A DNA stretch of 64,000 bases from contig JAUCBJ010008331.1 of the NCBI GenBank assembly GCA_032718475.1, forward strand, positions 1 to 64,000, given 5' to 3'. Of this stretch, positions 62,001 to 64,000 are shown piece by piece. A model generated the notes under the pieces. That model was not told where the DNA came from. It saw only the letters and a program-made list of their open reading frames with translations, and ran no database searches. Every line of letters starts with the position of its first letter. The stretch's first letter is position 1. The translations under genes and the position numbers were made by a program. The DNA comes from Nemertoderma westbladi. Taxonomy: Eukaryota > Animalia > Xenacoelomorpha.

Positions 62001-63999
62001 TGTCTTTGGAAAGTGGTGATAAAGGATCAGCTGAGCTTGCAGGCATCTCAACTGAGTCATTAATAAGTAATCCACTAATTTCATCATCATCTCCTTTTGA
62101 AAGACTGGCCATAGGAGGGGTACTACCATGAGAATCCAGACGACTGTGATATGGAACACAATCATCCGTTTCAGATGGACCTATTGTAAGGCAAATAATA
62201 TCTAGGATTAACTGCACATCTTCTAAATATCTATCATTAATCTGAGACTGCAGGTTCAACGCTATGTCTAGAATGCATGTTGGAAGATCTTTGACTGGTA
62301 AGGAATAGTGTATCCCAGCGCCTTTACATTTCAAGGAACAAGTGAGAGAAAGAAATAAGGGCTCATGATCTTCTTCATCAGGTACATTGAATAAGTCGTG
62401 TTCTAACGACAAATCTTCCTTGTCATATTGTTTTTCCTCACCCATATCTGAGTCTGATTTGGAACTGCATCTTTCAAGGTTTTGTAAGGTATGAATTTGT
62501 TCATTAAAAATAACATCCTGATCAGAATCATTAGGAGAAAAAATTGCTTCTGGAACTGCTTCATAGCCAAGTCTGCTAATTTTGGAATCATTACATCCAG
62601 TAGATCCTGAGATATCACTTGAAAGCGGATTACAGAAATAAAAATAATCACACTTATTTGGTATCGGCTGAAAATACTGATGCAGAATATCCAAAAAAGA
62701 GTGGCGTGAAAGTGGTGTGACCTTTCCACAAGGCTCTTTAAGTAAATCTAAGGAAAACTTCAGTGGTAGTATTATCTGAATGCCTGGGGAAAATGGAGAC
62801 ATATTTAATGATGACTCGCCTGATGATTCTCGTGATTTGTCTCTATAAGGTAACAGACAACCTCTATGAGATGAAGATAAATTAATAAAGAATTCATTTG
62901 CCAAATGGGAACACATGCTTCTTATATAGTTAGTCATGTTTATCTCAATTATAGGTTGATCAACCATCAAATCAACTGCAGCAGTAATATCATATTCATG
63001 TATTGTATCTTTACTCAAAAGACTATCATAAACTGTAGATACAAAGCTATGGTAATATGTTTCAACAACCAATGATGTCTGCTTCTTCAAAGTAGTATTC
63101 TTAAAATAATCATAAATATTATCTTTGTTTAGGAGATTTAGAAATGGATTAAAGGTAAAGTTATCTGATTTGGATTTTGGATTTTTGGAAATGTGAGAAT
63201 CAAATTGTTTATCAATAAATACATACGATTTTTTATTAGCTTCACCTGTTTGAGCTAACAAATTCTGACAGATTTCTGACAAATAACAATCGTAGAGAAA
63301 AACTGGCATTGGCAAGCCAAGACAAAATGAAGGCATGTCACTTTCACCATTATCACAATAATTATTTTCTTGTCCAAATGTTGATATGTTATATAACAAA
63401 CAAATGTCATTATAGGACTTTGGAACAAATATGACTGTCATCCTATGCCTTGAATCCCCATCTATCTTCTTTACAAAACCCTGCCATTTAGGAGTTTCTT
63501 CATTGCAATCATAATTTGATTCAATATTATGAGATTTACTTTCAAATGGTTTTGATATTTCAAGTATATCGAGTACCAATCTAGAATATACTCCATGTTG
63601 ATCATTTGATAAACACAACTCATTATCAAAAAGTTTACCAAGTTTTTTTAAAAAATCATTAAAAAGTAGTTCATTGGGCAACTTCTCAGAATGAAGAATG
63701 CCTGTTGAGTTATGAGAATGAAAATTTTCCATAAAAGTGGAGAAGGCAATTGCAGAGCCCTGGCTCATTGAAATAACTGAAATTGGATCAAATTCGGAAG
63801 ATACAACAGTGATCCTAGAATCCAGACTTTCATTCAAACTATGAAATGATTCATCATGTTGAGGAATTGCAGATGGTAGTTTCATTATATCTGACTTACA
63901 TAATATTTCCATTTGACCAAATGAAAGTAAAGTTTGAACAATCTTATAGTCCGCATCATAAATATGTTTATGGACATTTTGAGCAGTACAATCATCATA
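56086..63999 (-). CDS. SZT2: SZT2 (KICSTOR complex subunit), 3' part; frame open to the window edge with no introns
   Basis: FEPGEFAC...LHPRL...VKNRKRVFVFQEKNKDVFYM, EPLFLSLTCS, LQFVFGP, GYDGD, FWLIL, VNQKLLLHDM, DTLWKHL and C-terminal VVNALCFHTW all match recalled SZT2 blocks; the frame stays open upstream of the Met at 63912. Confidence 0.88.
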   Translation of the reverse strand, partial: YDDCTAQNVHKHIYDADYKIVQTLLSFGQMEILCKSDIMKLPSAIPQHDESFHSLNESLDSRITVVSSEFDPISVISMSQGSAIAFSTFMENFHSHNSTGILHSEKLPNELLFNDFLKKLGKLFDNELCLSNDQHGVYSRLVLDILEISKPFESKSHNIESNYDCNEETPKWQGFVKKIDGDSRHRMTVIFVPKSYNDICLLYNISTFGQENNYCDNGESDMPSFCLGLPMPVFLYDCYLSEICQNLLAQTGEANKKSYVFIDKQFDSHISKNPKSKSDNFTFNPFLNLLNKDNIYDYFKNTTLKKQTSLVVETYYHSFVSTVYDSLLSKDTIHEYDITAAVDLMVDQPIIEINMTNYIRSMCSHLANEFFINLSSSHRGCLLPYRDKSRESSGESSLNMSPFSPGIQIILPLKFSLDLLKEPCGKVTPLSRHSFLDILHQYFQPIPNKCDYFYFCNPLSSDISGSTGCNDSKISRLGYEAVPEAIFSPNDSDQDVIFNEQIHTLQNLERCSSKSDSDMGEEKQYDKEDLSLEHDLFNVPDEEDHEPLFLSLTCSLKCKGAGIHYSLPVKDLPTCILDIALNLQSQINDRYLEDVQLILDIICLTIGPSETDDCVPYHSRLDSHGSTPPMASLSKGDDDEISGLLINDSVEMPASSADPLSPLSKDKQFIIRDLQSKVEWYLQDEMCTAFLYNVSSIVNNDTLNIVMHHVRNSTNKPNCYFESIPLQFVFGPTESSGIFIAELIKFTYKQYQLRKLGTKLYFLAINSKDVFQSPTSFQLYNELQLHSCMGNISSQSPSSQSEFEHFIVQRDIQSVSHDQQFSSSPNLLYNKESPIDEVHCDKLTNQNIPDTPCDSKEELVGMPLTEKINLDDIKSSHPDDVIIPVLSSNEEHMKPISNICNMTAEVATDASIKINDNMLCKDIVSKAPISYCKSVACTVTEQCGANCKQSNEVSCANKNSYCHMGYCSSAVSAISESQPTSTGSGYIVTKQGCAFDSTHTAPILLSLDSESGIPCPTRQRQYGTGLQLSLTDNKLINPTAIDVISPLSETSDITLSETPHSYYNHNLLSCDRDASTPVTTMPMLSSTIIVSTSQTLSLILLERLAKRKSILISNLIRDHFATKSNLLGCRFACVDTCGSTTADTSPLARSNALSPTSGSHRCRSASMDLGTPRRRPLSGNLNAVRKKLKDGSTKDDMALNYVSHAYRSSPILYRFTPSSMVQPSEPPSATISTAPSVFTSRLSLNDGGYDGDLSEIEDSEDTSLARDFWLILQVESDEIKVHFHSQDKANMKHAHKLLIENVKTFICNCVKYVNQKLLLHDMYEKSVCNMLLIPEDDENLMFSPHKGNISRSNSPPVDDIYVEANDFINQFGYLKATMDFEPGEFACNKCYTICLPLHPRLNTKRDGGKSKALNAVMCDLAQLEVKNRKRVFVFQEKNKDVFYMKIVEGSQRNDSDNISLNETVTSHMDNDVTSRRNIISTWDCLRLVIYGVYGSSMPGPSTIDMEKMLQGRLTEATLDVMCLLLERNLQTKLTTSDIEFIQPYGKAPQNTFRFTIPVFIEQHLFQFGYYLRQNISMDHKMSTFKNPNCDKNSKFLDFSGPHVEAVNSRDVYLINQRGMGQKGIGIMILSLFDSSNIKRTSIDFTVSESSSPHSAPNTSDIIRDNNSLSCTTIMFSIWYKGKINVESLEKVLNHIFRSSICDTLTEVCHLQLEIPHSISSRTINSLKDHFDVCITEHVPSVSHLNIKLATKYIAINVFQDVALFLESFLSAADINVTIFKELNGLYYDLTDTISQSNRPTRDIGKEAHFVVIARATHVPTATRANQKQAQLQKDLIFMPSDLTSTKFWTDSDKGRNNYQAPVPCFSPIYGQQPPICQRQMLFLLEVINTDVTVYEYNLQSSEKISSEVCEIIRFHNMRVTLMNCIVQQKLGIYHHNCFCGKFGEENYNMVDNFGFGQVEDLKHHFKNMSNLIEILCCQKYSQDINSFKSLQVYSQFMEQFPVDNVLQNVQHFKSPQSIPYDVSQDLIAKYGKHLFDVHDIRKNMTIRKMKLFNVYDMFWHYGGSSSTIPMSVDDCYVLVESSRFLKTFKAPVLFLEAFRNLLVYSDAMSEQDGNDCIAVDNEQITSVVPAVLPNWYTNIIERLKHKLTSYLLSVGFINIRQSQASSDSRSRHVSGESISDYTIAPGSVLLERTYKGGILVCIIQYENCHIVVDFKCMEVTMISELVFYSCTDDDNDLSTVQELFKSECDTVINDFTLERYIYNFHLQCLQDYVAGSNDTYLPRENKKPSDSVGYNVVEFLSDFARLNKSPPGDDIRLSVSNLAFPVKMMTPSSVFQYLLDTASDHGYKKHSVSEAETRSALVGQQNTSWSFLGNKSTEYRRNFILTCVISMIHFETREIAGSSVYCPSRQDFTDNVILKLQVILSDDGEPQKQTVGGEHSNLCDQLTQNKLQAEVQKLHQKVKTILTSVEVQCFKDTLWKHLFRDPTTGADSTLSTLLQWRDLDHSNPKAKLYFNFSLLQQLLPYVTVTKLQEEDVCLRSLSLNHSLVNTFKGKYGDNVKIFHDEDNLEQYAIVIDREISDLFVMFHFDVGKASNKVHVVHKESPTGSVVSVTARRNLIEGVVNALCFHTWFNRLFP

Positions 64000-64000
64000 C

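Overview
AT-rich, repeat-dense genomic DNA from an invertebrate animal (eukaryote; spliceosomal GT-AG introns). Genes: a six-coding-exon class-2 DYRK kinase (DYRK2-like, + strand, ~20.0-36.7 kb) whose ~9.9-kb last intron holds a ~7.2-kb 24-bp satellite and an intact antisense LYRM4/ISD11 gene; an intronless 889-aa phostensin/taperin-family PP1 regulator (- strand); and the 3' >=7.9 kb of an uninterrupted SZT2 (KICSTOR) ORF that runs off the window end. The rest is mobile and repetitive DNA: a head-to-tail array of Helentron-associated (HINE/DINE-1-like) elements, satellites of 19, 21, 24 and 43 bp, RTE LINE fragments, tRNA-derived SINE-like repeats, MITEs and a probable KDZ transposase remnant. 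The most striking structure is the 24-bp satellite. It starts exactly at a DYRK2 splice donor, its unit is built around the donor sequence (CAG|GTACGT), the donor G is replaced by A in the bulk of the array, and intact AG|GT units recur in periodic clusters. All assignments come from reading the sequence and recalled motifs; no searches were run.
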